From Bacteroidales bacterium UBA5762 (GTDB lineage Bacteria > Bacteroidota > Bacteroidia > Bacteroidales > TTA-H9), in NCBI GenBank assembly GCA_002418865.1, contig DIEY01000003.1:31062-95061 (forward strand): a stretch of 64,000 bases of DNA. The letters run 5' to 3'. The position numbers and the translations under genes were made by a program. Of the stretch, positions 36,985-46,914 are shown piece after piece (the stretch's first letter is position 1; each line of letters begins with the position of its first letter). Under the pieces are notes generated by a model, which did not search any database, was not told the origin of the DNA, and worked only from the letters and a program-made list of their open reading frames with translations.

Positions 36985-37347
36985 TTAAACCATCAATTCA
37001 GAAATATTTTCTGGTGAATCTGTAATTTCTTTATGGGGTTTCAGTCTGTTGCAACTTTGTTTTTTATTAGAATAAAAGCGGTGGAATAAAAAGAGAGGGA
37101 CAGGATCAATGCCACTAGTTCCCCAAGGATGACAGCGCAAGATACGATTGAGGGCAAGCCCACCACCTTTCAGAATTCCATATCTTTCGATGGCTTGAAT
37201 GGCATAAGTGCTGCATGTAGGCCAATGCCTACAGCTCGCAGGTGTATAGGGTGAAATGGCATATTGATACACCCGAATTAAAGTAAGCAAAGGAAAACGT
37301 ATAATCTTCTTTAACACAATTGCAAAATTAATCGAAAAACAATTCAT
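36985..37347 (-). CDS. yidD: Membrane protein insertion efficiency factor YidD, with a ~35 aa C-terminal tail
   Basis: [35 protein letters not shown]...CHPWG is the YidD signature. Confidence 0.8.
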   Translation of the reverse strand: MNCFSINFAIVLKKIIRFPLLTLIRVYQYAISPYTPASCRHWPTCSTYAIQAIERYGILKGGGLALNRILRCHPWGTSGIDPVPLFLFHRFYSNKKQSCNRLKPHKEITDSPENISELMV

Positions 37348-37407
37348 CTCAATGTATCCATAAGCTTGTAATTCAGTCTAAAAACAACAGCTTCAGACTT
37401 CATATTC

Positions 37408-37438
37408 TTTGCCGATCAAACTAATTATATTAATTTTG
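37408..37438 (+). promoter_or_regulatory. Bacteroidetes sigma-A type promoter for tRNA-Leu
   Basis: TTTG at 37408-37411, a 19-nt spacer, then TAATTTTG at 37431-37438. The tRNA starts at 37449. Confidence 0.55.
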
Positions 37439-37448
37439 CAAGCTCTTT

Positions 37449-37530
37449 GCGGATGTGTCGTAATTGGTAGCCGAGCCAGACTTAGGATCTGGTGCCGAAA
37501 GGCGTGGGGGTTCGAGTCCCTTCATCCGCA
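37449..37530 (+). tRNA. tRNA-Leu (anticodon TAG), class II with a long variable arm
   Basis: Acceptor GCGGATG/CATCCGC, anticodon stem CCAGA/TCTGG with loop CTTAGGA, variable arm GCC-GAAA-GGC and T-loop TTCGAGT. CCA is not encoded. Confidence 0.9.
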
Positions 37531-37593
37531 CCGTAAAATATTTATTTTCCAATAGCAAGAATATCTTTACTATAACTTTAAACAAAATTTTGA

Positions 37594-37887
37594 ATGGCCA
37601 GTATAAAAGAGACAAAAAAATACATCGAATATGCTATAGATGAAGTAATCTCCGACTGTTTAAATGTACTTCACTTATATCCAGGTAAAAAACATGAGGA
37701 AGTTTATAATTTAGTGAGAGAGCTCGTCGATATGCGCAACAACCTTATTTACAGGGTTAATCACATAGAAAACAAAGATGACCCCCATGCTGTTAAAGCT
37801 CATTTCAAGAGCATAGAAAAAGATTTAAACTATCAAATAGAGCAAGCCGTCGAAAAATTAAGCAACATTGTCAAATCCGATGAATAA
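37594..37887 (+). CDS. Small helical hypothetical protein (97 aa)
   Basis: An ORF with coding-like composition between tRNA-Leu and tig. I recognised no motif. Confidence 0.4.
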   Translation: MASIKETKKYIEYAIDEVISDCLNVLHLYPGKKHEEVYNLVRELVDMRNNLIYRVNHIENKDDPHAVKAHFKSIEKDLNYQIEQAVEKLSNIVKSDE

Positions 37888-37982
37888 AACATGCTCTATT
37901 CACTGCCTATACGAAACTATGGAAAGGTTTGAGGGCAGACATTTGACAAACCTCATTATTTTTAATTAAACCAAAATTATCC

Positions 37983-39428
37983 ATGGAAATTATTAAAGAA
38001 GATACCGGTGAATTAACGGCAACGCTTCATCTAAAGCTTTCAAAGCAAGACTATTTACCTCAAGTAGAAGCCGAACTTAAAAAACTACAACGCGATGCCT
38101 TCATCCCAGGATTCCGAAAAGGTAAAGTGCCTATGGGGCATTTAAAAAAATTATATGGGGATTCACTCATTATGGAACGTATCAATAAATTCGTATCTGA
38201 ATCTCTCAATCAGTATATATTAGAAAATCACTTGCCTATCATAGGATATCCAATATCTAACCCTCAAAACAAGCCATTTGATGTTGAATTTGATCAGGCT
38301 GACGAACACGAATTCCTTTTCGATATCGGACTTACACCCGAAATAGAAATTGATTTCTCTGAACTGCAACCAATAAAATATTATTTAATCACCCCTTCTC
38401 AAACCGATATTGATCGCCAGATTGAGGAATTAAGGGACCAGTTTGCTGAACTGGTTGAGATAGAATCTGCCGACGAAGAAGCTATCATAGAAGGGAAAGT
38501 ATTTGAAATAGACGATTTAAGCTCACCAAAGGAAAATGGATATGAACAATTCATAAGATTAGATTTAAAAGACGAAGCGCTACCTCAGCAAATTAAGGAT
38601 AAGCTATTGGGTATAAAAAAAGATCAAATCATCGACTTTCTGTTCGATTCGGCTGAAGACTTAGCCAGATTTATTAGAATCGACTTCAAAAAAGCAAAAG
38701 AAATACATTTGAATCTGCAATTTAAGGTTAGTGGCAATTTTCATAAAAGATTACCTGAGCTCAATCCAGATTTCTTTCATCAAGTCTTTCCCGAACAAAA
38801 CATAGAAACACTTGAAGAATTTCGAGCCGAAGCTGCAAAAAAAGTCCATGTAGATTTTCTGCAAAATCATAGCGATAAAACATTCTATTTGGCTATTATG
38901 CAACAACTGCTTAATCATGTAAACATTCCTCTACCCGAAGATTTTCTTAAAAGATGGATAGCCTTTCACGAAAACATGAATTCTGAAGAAGTCAATAAAA
39001 ATCTAGATAAATTTGTTGAATCGATTCGTATGGAAATATTAAGGAACCATCTTATAAACAAAGCTGAAATTAAAATTAATGAGGAAGAAATCAGAAATTA
39101 TTTTGCACATGAAATTATTGCCTCAAATTTTCCTTATTTTCAATACAATAACGATATTATTGAGAAAATTACACAGGTTGTGAATGTAGCAGTAGATGAA
39201 GCAATGAAGAATGAGAAGGATTTAGAACGCGCAAAAAATGAATTGACAGATGTTAAATTGATAGATTTTTTAAAGTCTAACCTTCCACTCGAAGTTATAG
39301 AAATAGATACTATAACTTATATTGATTCTCTCTCTCCAAAGCAAGAAGATAAGGCTTTAGAAGAACAGGCAGAAGAAAAAACTGAAATAATGGACAACAA
39401 TACTGAAAATCAAAAAAACAACGGATAA
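37983..39428 (+). CDS. tig: Trigger factor
   Basis: The N-terminal ribosome-binding motif GFRKGKVP is present. The gene order tig-clpP-clpX is conserved. It has an acidic C-terminal tail. Confidence 0.85.
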   Translation: MEIIKEDTGELTATLHLKLSKQDYLPQVEAELKKLQRDAFIPGFRKGKVPMGHLKKLYGDSLIMERINKFVSESLNQYILENHLPIIGYPISNPQNKPFDVEFDQADEHEFLFDIGLTPEIEIDFSELQPIKYYLITPSQTDIDRQIEELRDQFAELVEIESADEEAIIEGKVFEIDDLSSPKENGYEQFIRLDLKDEALPQQIKDKLLGIKKDQIIDFLFDSAEDLARFIRIDFKKAKEIHLNLQFKVSGNFHKRLPELNPDFFHQVFPEQNIETLEEFRAEAAKKVHVDFLQNHSDKTFYLAIMQQLLNHVNIPLPEDFLKRWIAFHENMNSEEVNKNLDKFVESIRMEILRNHLINKAEIKINEEEIRNYFAHEIIASNFPYFQYNNDIIEKITQVVNVAVDEAMKNEKDLERAKNELTDVKLIDFLKSNLPLEVIEIDTITYIDSLSPKQEDKALEEQAEEKTEIMDNNTENQKNNG

Positions 39429-39430
39429 TT

Positions 39431-40132
39431 ATGAATAATAATGATGAATTTTACAAGTTTGCAACTCGCCATGTTGGAATAAATCCATTGACTTTGCAAA
39501 AATACATTGCAGTACATGACAATTATATTTCGCCTACCATAATAGAGGAACGCCAGCTTAATGTAGCTACCATGGACGTATTCTCGAGGCTGATGATGGA
39601 TAGAATTATCTTTTTAGGTGTTCCCATAGATGATTATGTAGCCAATATCATTGAGGCCCAGCTTCTTTTTCTCGAAAGCGCCGATCCACGTAAGGATATT
39701 CAAATCTATTTGAACACGCCTGGAGGTTCAGTTTATGCTGGATTAGGGATATATGATACTATGCAATACATTGCAGCCGATGTAGCTACAATTTGTACTG
39801 GCATGGCGGCTTCTATGGGTGCAATCATTCTGTGTGCTGGAGCAAAGGGGAAGAGAACCGCCCTCAAGCATTCACGTATTCTAATACACCAGCCCATGGG
39901 AGGCGCTGAAGGTCAAGCCTCCGACATCGAAATCACTGCTAGAGAAATTCAAAAACTAAAAAAGGAACTCTATGAAATTATCGCCTATCATTCAGGACAA
40001 ACTTACGAAAAAATTTGGCAAGACGCCGACCGTGATTTCTGGATGACTTCAGATGAAGCTAAGGAATATGGAATGATTGACGAGGTTTTATATAGAGAAA
40101 AGAAGTCCAAAAATAGTGCGCAACAGTCTTAA
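39431..40132 (+). CDS. clpP: ATP-dependent Clp protease proteolytic subunit
   Basis: Motifs: RIIFLG, INTPGGSV, GMAASMGA (Ser) and ILIHQP (His). Confidence 0.93.
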   Translation: MNNNDEFYKFATRHVGINPLTLQKYIAVHDNYISPTIIEERQLNVATMDVFSRLMMDRIIFLGVPIDDYVANIIEAQLLFLESADPRKDIQIYLNTPGGSVYAGLGIYDTMQYIAADVATICTGMAASMGAIILCAGAKGKRTALKHSRILIHQPMGGAEGQASDIEITAREIQKLKKELYEIIAYHSGQTYEKIWQDADRDFWMTSDEAKEYGMIDEVLYREKKSKNSAQQS

Positions 40133-40182
40133 TCATGCTTTTATTCAATCTAATACATTCTAAAGGAGAAAAATATAAATAA

Positions 40183-41418
40183 ATGGCAAAGACTTTAGAA
40201 TACTGTTCATTTTGTGGCAGAAGCAAAAAAGAAGTCAATTTATTGATTAGCGGGATAAATGCTAACATTTGCGATAGTTGTGTAGAACAGGCACGCGATA
40301 TTGTGATGCAGGAATTAACTTCGGCAAAAAAGAAGAAAGTACAATTGAAAAAGATTTATAAACCTGCAGAAATTAAGGCCTATCTCGATCAATATGTCAT
40401 TGGCCAGGAAGAAGCTAAGAAAGTTCTATCGGTTGCAGTATACAATCATTATAAAAGGATAACACAACCCATTAATCGAAGCAATATTGATGAAGTAGAA
40501 ATCGAAAAATCGAATATTATTTTTGTGGGTGAGACAGGCACCGGAAAAACTCTTTTAGCGCAAACCATAGCGCGTTTGCTCAATGTACCTTTTTGTATAG
40601 CCGATGCAACTGTATTAACCGAAGCAGGTTATGTAGGAGAAGATGTTGAAAGCATTTTAACACGTTTACTTCAAGCTGCCGATTATGATGTGGCATCTGC
40701 AGAAATGGGTATTGTTTTTATTGACGAAATCGACAAAATATCTCGCAAAAGCGATAATCCAAGCATTACACGAGATGTATCGGGAGAAGGAGTTCAACAA
40801 GCCTTACTCAAACTCCTCGAAGGTAGCATCGTTAATGTTCCTCCACAAGGAGGCCGCAAACATCCCGAGCAAAAATTTATTCAGGTAAATACTCAGAATA
40901 TCCTGTTTATAGCCGGAGGTGCATTTGATGGCATTGAGAAAAAAATAGCCTCAAGACTCAGAACCAATATTGTGGGTTTTAAAAAGGAACCATTTACCGA
41001 AATAGAGAAAGATAATCTGCTGCAATACGTTTCGCCACCCGACTTGAGAGCCTATGGTCTTATTCCAGAACTCACAGGACGTTTTCCAGTGGTTTGTCAT
41101 CTTTCGCCATTAGATGCTAATTCTTTGAAACGCATCCTCATTGAGCCCAAAAATGCTTTGGTAAAACAGTACAAGAAAATTTTCGAATTAGATAATATTC
41201 ATTTGAGCTTCGATGATGAAGTACTCGATTTCGTGGTACAAAAATCCATAGAATTCAAACTTGGTGCTCGGGGTTTGCGCTCCATTATGGAAAGTATTCT
41301 TAAGGACTTAATGTTTGAGGCACCCTCAGGAAATCTCTCCACTCACCTTAACATTACCCTCGATTATGCCAAGGAAAAGTTTGAATCTTCTAACATTAGC
41401 CGCTTAAAAGTTGCATAA
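40183..41418 (+). CDS. clpX: ATP-dependent Clp protease ATP-binding subunit ClpX
   Basis: Zn-binding domain CSFCGRS...CDSC, Walker A GETGTGKT, Walker B FIDEIDK and the pore-loop GYVGED. Confidence 0.95.
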   Translation: MAKTLEYCSFCGRSKKEVNLLISGINANICDSCVEQARDIVMQELTSAKKKKVQLKKIYKPAEIKAYLDQYVIGQEEAKKVLSVAVYNHYKRITQPINRSNIDEVEIEKSNIIFVGETGTGKTLLAQTIARLLNVPFCIADATVLTEAGYVGEDVESILTRLLQAADYDVASAEMGIVFIDEIDKISRKSDNPSITRDVSGEGVQQALLKLLEGSIVNVPPQGGRKHPEQKFIQVNTQNILFIAGGAFDGIEKKIASRLRTNIVGFKKEPFTEIEKDNLLQYVSPPDLRAYGLIPELTGRFPVVCHLSPLDANSLKRILIEPKNALVKQYKKIFELDNIHLSFDDEVLDFVVQKSIEFKLGARGLRSIMESILKDLMFEAPSGNLSTHLNITLDYAKEKFESSNISRLKVA

Positions 41419-41450
41419 ACTATACAGGTCTCCTAATATTTAGTACACCC

Positions 41451-41500
41451 AAAAAAGCCCTGATTAAAAAATGCTTTACTCAGGGCTTTTTTATTTTTAT
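41451..41500. terminator. Bidirectional rho-independent terminator between convergent clpX and pfk
   Basis: AGCCCTGA (41456-41463) pairs with TCAGGGCT (41480-41487). It is flanked by an A-run upstream and a T-run downstream. Confidence 0.75.
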
Positions 41501-41535
41501 ATTCAATAAAAAAGAAATTTTCAACTCAAAAGGAA

Positions 41536-42630
41536 TTAATCCCCGAAGCAGATACCGACCCCGCGTGCTGTCTTTATTAAGGCAGTATCCATTTCCACGA
41601 AATTATATCTTTTAATGGCATCTTTCAGGGGGACGGAAGTAATGTAAGGATGACGGTATGAAACCATTTGTCCAAATTTTCCTTCGAGCACAAGTTCCAT
41701 TGCTTTAACACCAAACTGAGTAGCCAAAACGCGATCATAAGCAATAGGCACCCCTCCGCGTTGTACATGACCTAAGACAGTAGCGCGCATATCGTAAGGA
41801 CAACCTGCTTCTTTCAGCTCGTTCATTAGTCGCTCGGCAGCGCCCGAAAACTTAATATTGTGGTAACCTATTTCTCCAGTTTCCTTTTTGGCAAAATCAC
41901 CTCCTATTGGGCGAGCACCTTCTGAAATCACAATATTTATAAATCCACGCCCTTTCACAAATCGAGAATCAATTTTTTGAAGGACTTTATCGATATCGTA
42001 AGGAATTTCGGGAATAAGACATATCTCAGCTCCTCCAGCTACTGCAGCATTCATGGCAATCCATCCTGCATAGCGACCCATAACTTCGAGAATCAAAATA
42101 CGATTGTGGCTTGCAGCTGTTGTAACAAGTTTATCAACAGCCTCGGTACAAATCTGAACTGCAGTTTGAAATCCAAATGTAGAATCAGTTCCTACCAAAT
42201 CGTTATCAATCGTTTTAGGTACGCCAATAATATTGAGTCCTTTTTCGTATAAAGCATAAGAAATGGCCTGAGAACCTTCTCCTCCAATACTAATGACGGC
42301 ATCTACACCCAAATATTGCAACTTACGAAGCATTTCGTCGCTTCTATCGACTTCTTCCCAAGTTCCATCCGGCTTTTTTATCGGCCAGGCAAAAGGACCC
42401 CCTTTATTGGTAGTCCCTAAAATTGTACCACCCTGATAATGTATGCCCGAAACGGTCTTTTCGTCGAGGACCATTATCTCAGTGGGTTCTCTCAATATTC
42501 CATTAAATGCTTCGATGCTTCCTATTACTTCCCAATTCTTCTCTTGCCCAGCCCTTTTAACTATGGCTCGAATTACTGCATTTAATCCCGGGCAGTCACC
42601 ACCACCTGTTGCTACTAATACTCTATTCAT
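41536..42630 (-). CDS. pfkA: 6-phosphofructokinase (PfkA family; phosphoryl donor not resolved)
   Basis: Motifs: GGGDCPGLNAVIR, IGGEGS, PKTIDNDL and MGRYAGW. The residues at the donor-specificity positions are mixed (G in GGEGS, K in PKTIDND). Confidence 0.88.
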   Translation of the reverse strand: MNRVLVATGGGDCPGLNAVIRAIVKRAGQEKNWEVIGSIEAFNGILREPTEIMVLDEKTVSGIHYQGGTILGTTNKGGPFAWPIKKPDGTWEEVDRSDEMLRKLQYLGVDAVISIGGEGSQAISYALYEKGLNIIGVPKTIDNDLVGTDSTFGFQTAVQICTEAVDKLVTTAASHNRILILEVMGRYAGWIAMNAAVAGGAEICLIPEIPYDIDKVLQKIDSRFVKGRGFINIVISEGARPIGGDFAKKETGEIGYHNIKFSGAAERLMNELKEAGCPYDMRATVLGHVQRGGVPIAYDRVLATQFGVKAMELVLEGKFGQMVSYRHPYITSVPLKDAIKRYNFVEMDTALIKTARGVGICFGD

Positions 42631-42696
42631 TTGTTATAGATAGTTAGATTGAGTTAAATTTATTTCCTTATTATTTAAATTTTCCCATTTTGCGTG

Positions 42697-42704
42697 CAAA
42701 AATA
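42697..42704 (-). promoter_or_regulatory. Candidate -7 element TATTTTTG for pfk
   Basis: The minus strand matches TAnnTTTG, 67 nt upstream of the pfk ATG. Confidence 0.35.
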
Positions 42705-42762
42705 GTAAGGAATATGTATACGAATGTTTATTCGGGTATTAAATTTGCAATCCTTTAAAAAG

Positions 42763-42770
42763 TAATTTTG
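42763..42770 (+). promoter_or_regulatory. Candidate -7 element TAATTTTG (second copy TAAATTTG at 42740-42747)
   Basis: Two tandem TAnnTTTG matches lie 12 and 35 nt upstream of the 42782 ATG. Confidence 0.35.
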
Positions 42771-42781
42771 AGATTTTCGTC

Positions 42782-43366
42782 ATGAAAAAAATACTCCTAT
42801 CAGGCATCTTATTTTTATGCACTGCCTTGCTTGCCGAAGCTCAAAATACTTCGCCCATTATAGTTAAAGCCACGATTTTCGAAAATGATACTATTCCATT
42901 TATAGAACTTAAGCCAGTTACCATATATGGATTGCCAGTGTTTAAAAATAAGAAAGATCAGCGTCAATGGGAGAAACTTGTGCGTAACGTAAAAAAGGTT
43001 TACCCTTATGCAAGATTAGCCGGCATTAAATTTCAAGAATATGAGTACCTGATTTTAACTTCCAGATCGGACAAAGAAAGGAAGAATTATATCAACCGCC
43101 TAGAAAAAGAATTAACCAACCAATATGCTGATGAATTGGAAAAACTCACTTTTACTCAAGGGAAAATCCTTTTTAAACTCATCGACAGGGAAACAGGCAA
43201 CTCATCATACGAATTGGTCAAAGAGTTGAAAGGAAAGTTTATGGCTTTTTTCTGGAATTCGTTTGCTCGTATTTTTGGTTACAATTTAAAAGAGAAATAC
43301 GATCCTTATGGGAAAGATGCCAATATTGAACAAATTGTAGTTTTAATCGAAAACGGAGCTATTTAA
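42782..43366 (+). CDS. Secreted hypothetical protein, DUF4294-like
   Basis: Signal peptide (LFLCTALLAEAQ). The conserved-looking core VKKVYPYA...LTFTQGKILFKLIDRETG...FWNSFARIFGYNLK matches my recollection of the Bacteroidetes DUF4294 family. This was not verified. Confidence 0.45.
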   Translation: MKKILLSGILFLCTALLAEAQNTSPIIVKATIFENDTIPFIELKPVTIYGLPVFKNKKDQRQWEKLVRNVKKVYPYARLAGIKFQEYEYLILTSRSDKERKNYINRLEKELTNQYADELEKLTFTQGKILFKLIDRETGNSSYELVKELKGKFMAFFWNSFARIFGYNLKEKYDPYGKDANIEQIVVLIENGAI

Positions 43367-43371
43367 AAGTT

Positions 43372-44784
43372 TTATTTTCCTCTTCCTTGCAGGACAATCA
43401 TGATAGTATAGACCAAAATTTTGATATCCATTGCAATAGACATATTTTCCAGATAAATAAGGTCGAATTTAGCTCTTTCTATCATTTGGTCGAGGTTCTC
43501 GGCATAACCAAATTTTACTTGACCCCAACTCGTGATGCCTGGTTTAACTTTGAGCAACAGCTTATAATGAGGCATTTTTTGTATGATTTGTTCGATGTAG
43601 TAAGGTCGTTCAGGCCTTGGTCCTACTAATGACATATCTCCTTTCAATACGGTAAAAAACTGTGGAATTTCGTCGAGTCTATATTGCCGCATGATTTTTC
43701 CAAATGGAGTTATACGAGGGTCGTCTTTCGAGGACAATTGTGGTCCATTGCTCTCAGCATCTTGATACATAGAACGGAACTTTACCATTTTAAATATTTT
43801 ACCTCTTAAGCCTACACGTGGTTGGCAATAAAGAATAGGCCCTGGCGATGACAGTTTTACCCCTATAGCCGTAAATAAAAATACTGGCGAAAGAACAATA
43901 ATGGCTATCAACGAAACAACGATATCCATGGCTCGTTTTACTACCATTTGCCATGCAGGCATCAAATTAGTAGAAATTTCTATCAATGGAGAATAGATAG
44001 AAGAGGTTTTGACCGATCCTAAAAGAATATCTTGCATAATGGGAGCAATCTTAATAACTACGTTAGTTTCTTCCAATTCAGTAATCACACGTTCCACAGC
44101 ATCTTTCTCCGAGCGCTCAAAAGCTATAATAACTTCTTCAACCTTATGCTCTTCTACAATTCTTTTTAAATCTTTATAAGTTCCAAGATGGGGTATATAA
44201 TGATCCAGTAAATTTTCTTCAGAAACACCAGCATCGACAAATCCAATGAATTTATTCCCAGGCGATAGTGGCTGGTTTTCAATTTCTTGAAATATGGATA
44301 AGGCATTACCATTGCAGCCAACCATAACTGTATTAAACCCAATCTTTCGATGATGAATCTTGTTGTTAGTGATAGTAGTAAGTAAAAATCGAGCTAAATA
44401 AGTAAATGAAAAATGCAACACGAAAAGAACTATAAACGACTGATAATATGACTTATAGGAGCGTATGACATCATCCAAAATCAATACGAAAAAAATTATT
44501 AAAACCCCTATTAAGGTAATACTTAAAGTATGTCCCAATTCTTTCAGCCTCGATTTACGGTAAATTTTGCGATATTGACCCGAAATAGCATAAAGAATCA
44601 GCCAGAATATAGGAACTGCAATAATCCCATAGAAAAATTTAGGATCATCAAAAACTACGGTATAATGCTCTAGAAAATAAGGATCAACATAATATTTACG
44701 ATAAAAGAAAAACAAACTCCAAGCAAGTAAGGCAGTTATATAATCAGCAATAACATATTTAGCAATTTGTAGATTTTTATTCAT
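43372..44784 (-). CDS. Polyprenyl-phosphate glycosyl-1-phosphate transferase (WbaP/exopolysaccharide initiating sugar transferase)
   Basis: Four N-terminal TM helices, a central Rossmann-like domain and the C-terminal bacterial sugar transferase motif KRAMDIVVS...KFRSM...DPRITPFGKIMRQYRLDEIPQF...GDMSLVGPRPERP. Confidence 0.85.
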   Translation of the reverse strand: MNKNLQIAKYVIADYITALLAWSLFFFYRKYYVDPYFLEHYTVVFDDPKFFYGIIAVPIFWLILYAISGQYRKIYRKSRLKELGHTLSITLIGVLIIFFVLILDDVIRSYKSYYQSFIVLFVLHFSFTYLARFLLTTITNNKIHHRKIGFNTVMVGCNGNALSIFQEIENQPLSPGNKFIGFVDAGVSEENLLDHYIPHLGTYKDLKRIVEEHKVEEVIIAFERSEKDAVERVITELEETNVVIKIAPIMQDILLGSVKTSSIYSPLIEISTNLMPAWQMVVKRAMDIVVSLIAIIVLSPVFLFTAIGVKLSSPGPILYCQPRVGLRGKIFKMVKFRSMYQDAESNGPQLSSKDDPRITPFGKIMRQYRLDEIPQFFTVLKGDMSLVGPRPERPYYIEQIIQKMPHYKLLLKVKPGITSWGQVKFGYAENLDQMIERAKFDLIYLENMSIAMDIKILVYTIMIVLQGRGK

Positions 44785-44788
44785 AAAA

Positions 44789-45703
44789 CTACTTCGACTG
44801 ATTATTTAAATAAACCAATTTCATATTATCGAAATATATTTCAGTTTGCTCTTTCCCGCTATCGAGCATGGCTCCCCAAAAGAGTTTAAACTTTAGAACA
44901 TCATCAGAGCTGCTAACGTTTGGGGTGAGGTTGATATAAATTTTATTCCAGTTAGGAGATGGGTTTATATCGAGTATAGGAGATTGAATATATTGATCGA
45001 TTCCCAGAGCGATTATTCCAAAGGTAAAAGTATTGCTGCAGCGGTAATTCATTTCGAGAAAAACGGGCGATCCATTTCGGGGTAAACTTATTGCTTCTGA
45101 AGTCATGGCTTCGAAAATGCTATCAGATAGCGTAAGTGTAATTTTCCCAGAGTGCAAACCTTCGAATGTAGATGGGTCATTCTCGGCAGTAAGCTGAAAA
45201 TCGACATTGCTCTTCTTCGTAGTATCCAAAGCAAGATTGGCATCTTCAAAGTTTTCACTCCAAGCAAATTGAACCAAATCTTTGTAGGTTGTATAAATTG
45301 TATTTTTACCGTTAAATACATCTCCTTTTATAACAGTGACAGAATCGGGAGCAAGAATAATTTCGCGGTTTATTTGATTATAAAGGGGGTAATAAGCTCG
45401 CAATTGCACCATTCCATCCATTCTAATGCCCGGAATAATTGTAAGTCGGTGTTTTCCAGTATAAAGCAATGGAACAGTAGCTGGTAGTTCAAATGCGCCA
45501 ATGAGCTGCTCATCCACATAAATCCATGCATCCGTAATTTTACTCGATGCACTTCCCTGTGAAGGAGATTCAATTTTTAGGGCTATACTATCGATCTTTA
45601 AATAGGCGGGTATGTTCTGATCGCCTTCGAAATCATCGCAAGATGACAGGGTAAACAATAAAAGAAAAGGCAAACATAATATATTGAGGACTTTAATGCT
45701 CAT
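44789..45703 (-). CDS. Hypothetical lipoprotein
   Basis: Lipobox LFTLSSC. The protein is beta-rich. It ends 5 nt upstream of the sugar transferase start. Confidence 0.5.
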   Translation of the reverse strand: MSIKVLNILCLPFLLLFTLSSCDDFEGDQNIPAYLKIDSIALKIESPSQGSASSKITDAWIYVDEQLIGAFELPATVPLLYTGKHRLTIIPGIRMDGMVQLRAYYPLYNQINREIILAPDSVTVIKGDVFNGKNTIYTTYKDLVQFAWSENFEDANLALDTTKKSNVDFQLTAENDPSTFEGLHSGKITLTLSDSIFEAMTSEAISLPRNGSPVFLEMNYRCSNTFTFGIIALGIDQYIQSPILDINPSPNWNKIYINLTPNVSSSDDVLKFKLFWGAMLDSGKEQTEIYFDNMKLVYLNNQSK

Positions 45704-45795
45704 AAAAAATTGAAACTACATCAGCTTTGTTTTCAGAACGCAGATGTTAGCCTGAATATTATTGAAGTGAATAAATAAAATAAGGAGAAAAGCCT

Positions 45796-46773
45796 CTAAG
45801 CATTTATTTTCTCCATAATTTGGTATGCGAGGTTAAGGGCGTCAATTCCATCTTGGATAGTCACAGGAGGAATATCATCGTATATGATGGCAGAAGCGAA
45901 GCTTTCTAATTCCATTTTTATAGCATTGACGGGTAAGATAGGTGGATTCTCGAAGACAAATTGTTTTGCTGGTTTATTAGGACCCATGTCGAGTACCAAA
46001 TCGAAAGGTCCCTTGTGATTGGGCTCATAATCTTGGATGCGTATAATTTCAACCTTCTTGTCTAAAAAATCTACCGAGAGATATCTATCATACTGGAAAA
46101 AACGAATTTTTCTCATATTTTTCATACTCATCCGACTAGCAGTTAGGTTAGCCACGCAACCATTTTCGAACTCCAAACGGGCATTGGCGATATCGGGAGT
46201 GCTGCTGATTATAGCTACTCCACTTGCATGTACACGTCTGATATTGCTTTTCACTAAACTTAAAACGATATCAAGGTCATGTATCATCAAATCAAGGATA
46301 ACAGGCACATCAAGCCCACGAGGATTAAATGTAGAGAGTCGGTGAGCTTCAATAAACATTGGCTGGTTAAAATAAGGTTTGGCTGCCAAAAAAGCAGGAT
46401 TAAACCTTTCTACATGACCCACTTGTACTTTAACATTGGCTTCATAAGCCAGTTTCATAAGTTCACGTGCTTCATCGGGTGTAGCCACTATAGGCTTCTC
46501 GATGAATACATGACGCGACTCCCTTAATGCTCGCGAAGCACATGGAAAATGCTCAACAGTGGGAGTTACAATATCCACCACATCTACATCGTCTATTAAA
46601 GATTGAATATCATGATAAGCTTTCAATGAAAAATCTTCCGAGACTTTTGCAGCAGTCTGTTCGTCTGGATCATAAAAACCCATTAACTGATAAGATTCAA
46701 TTTCTCGTATGCAGCGAATATGAATTTTCCCTAAATGACCTGCACCTAAAACACCTATTTTTAACTTGTTCAT
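45796..46773 (-). CDS. Gfo/Idh/MocA-family NAD(P)-dependent oxidoreductase (sugar-nucleotide dehydrogenase-like)
   Basis: N-terminal Rossmann motif IGVLGAGHLGKIH, followed by EKP and a C-terminal GFO_IDH_MocA domain. Confidence 0.8.
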   Translation of the reverse strand: MNKLKIGVLGAGHLGKIHIRCIREIESYQLMGFYDPDEQTAAKVSEDFSLKAYHDIQSLIDDVDVVDIVTPTVEHFPCASRALRESRHVFIEKPIVATPDEARELMKLAYEANVKVQVGHVERFNPAFLAAKPYFNQPMFIEAHRLSTFNPRGLDVPVILDLMIHDLDIVLSLVKSNIRRVHASGVAIISSTPDIANARLEFENGCVANLTASRMSMKNMRKIRFFQYDRYLSVDFLDKKVEIIRIQDYEPNHKGPFDLVLDMGPNKPAKQFVFENPPILPVNAIKMELESFASAIIYDDIPPVTIQDGIDALNLAYQIMEKINA

Positions 46774-46914
46774 CCGTTTAAAAGTCCTTCATTTTTAAAA
46801 ACGTGCAAACGTAGGCAAAATCTCCTCATCAGACAAAACCATTTTAGTAGAAGCAACGAAATATGATACATTCACCTTTAAATCCTTAATTTCGCATTTC
46901 CAATCTACTGAATT

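Noticed and set aside
37430-37615. A 61-aa minus-strand ORF.
   Set aside because: It overlaps the whole tRNA-Leu gene and its promoter, so it is a chance ORF.
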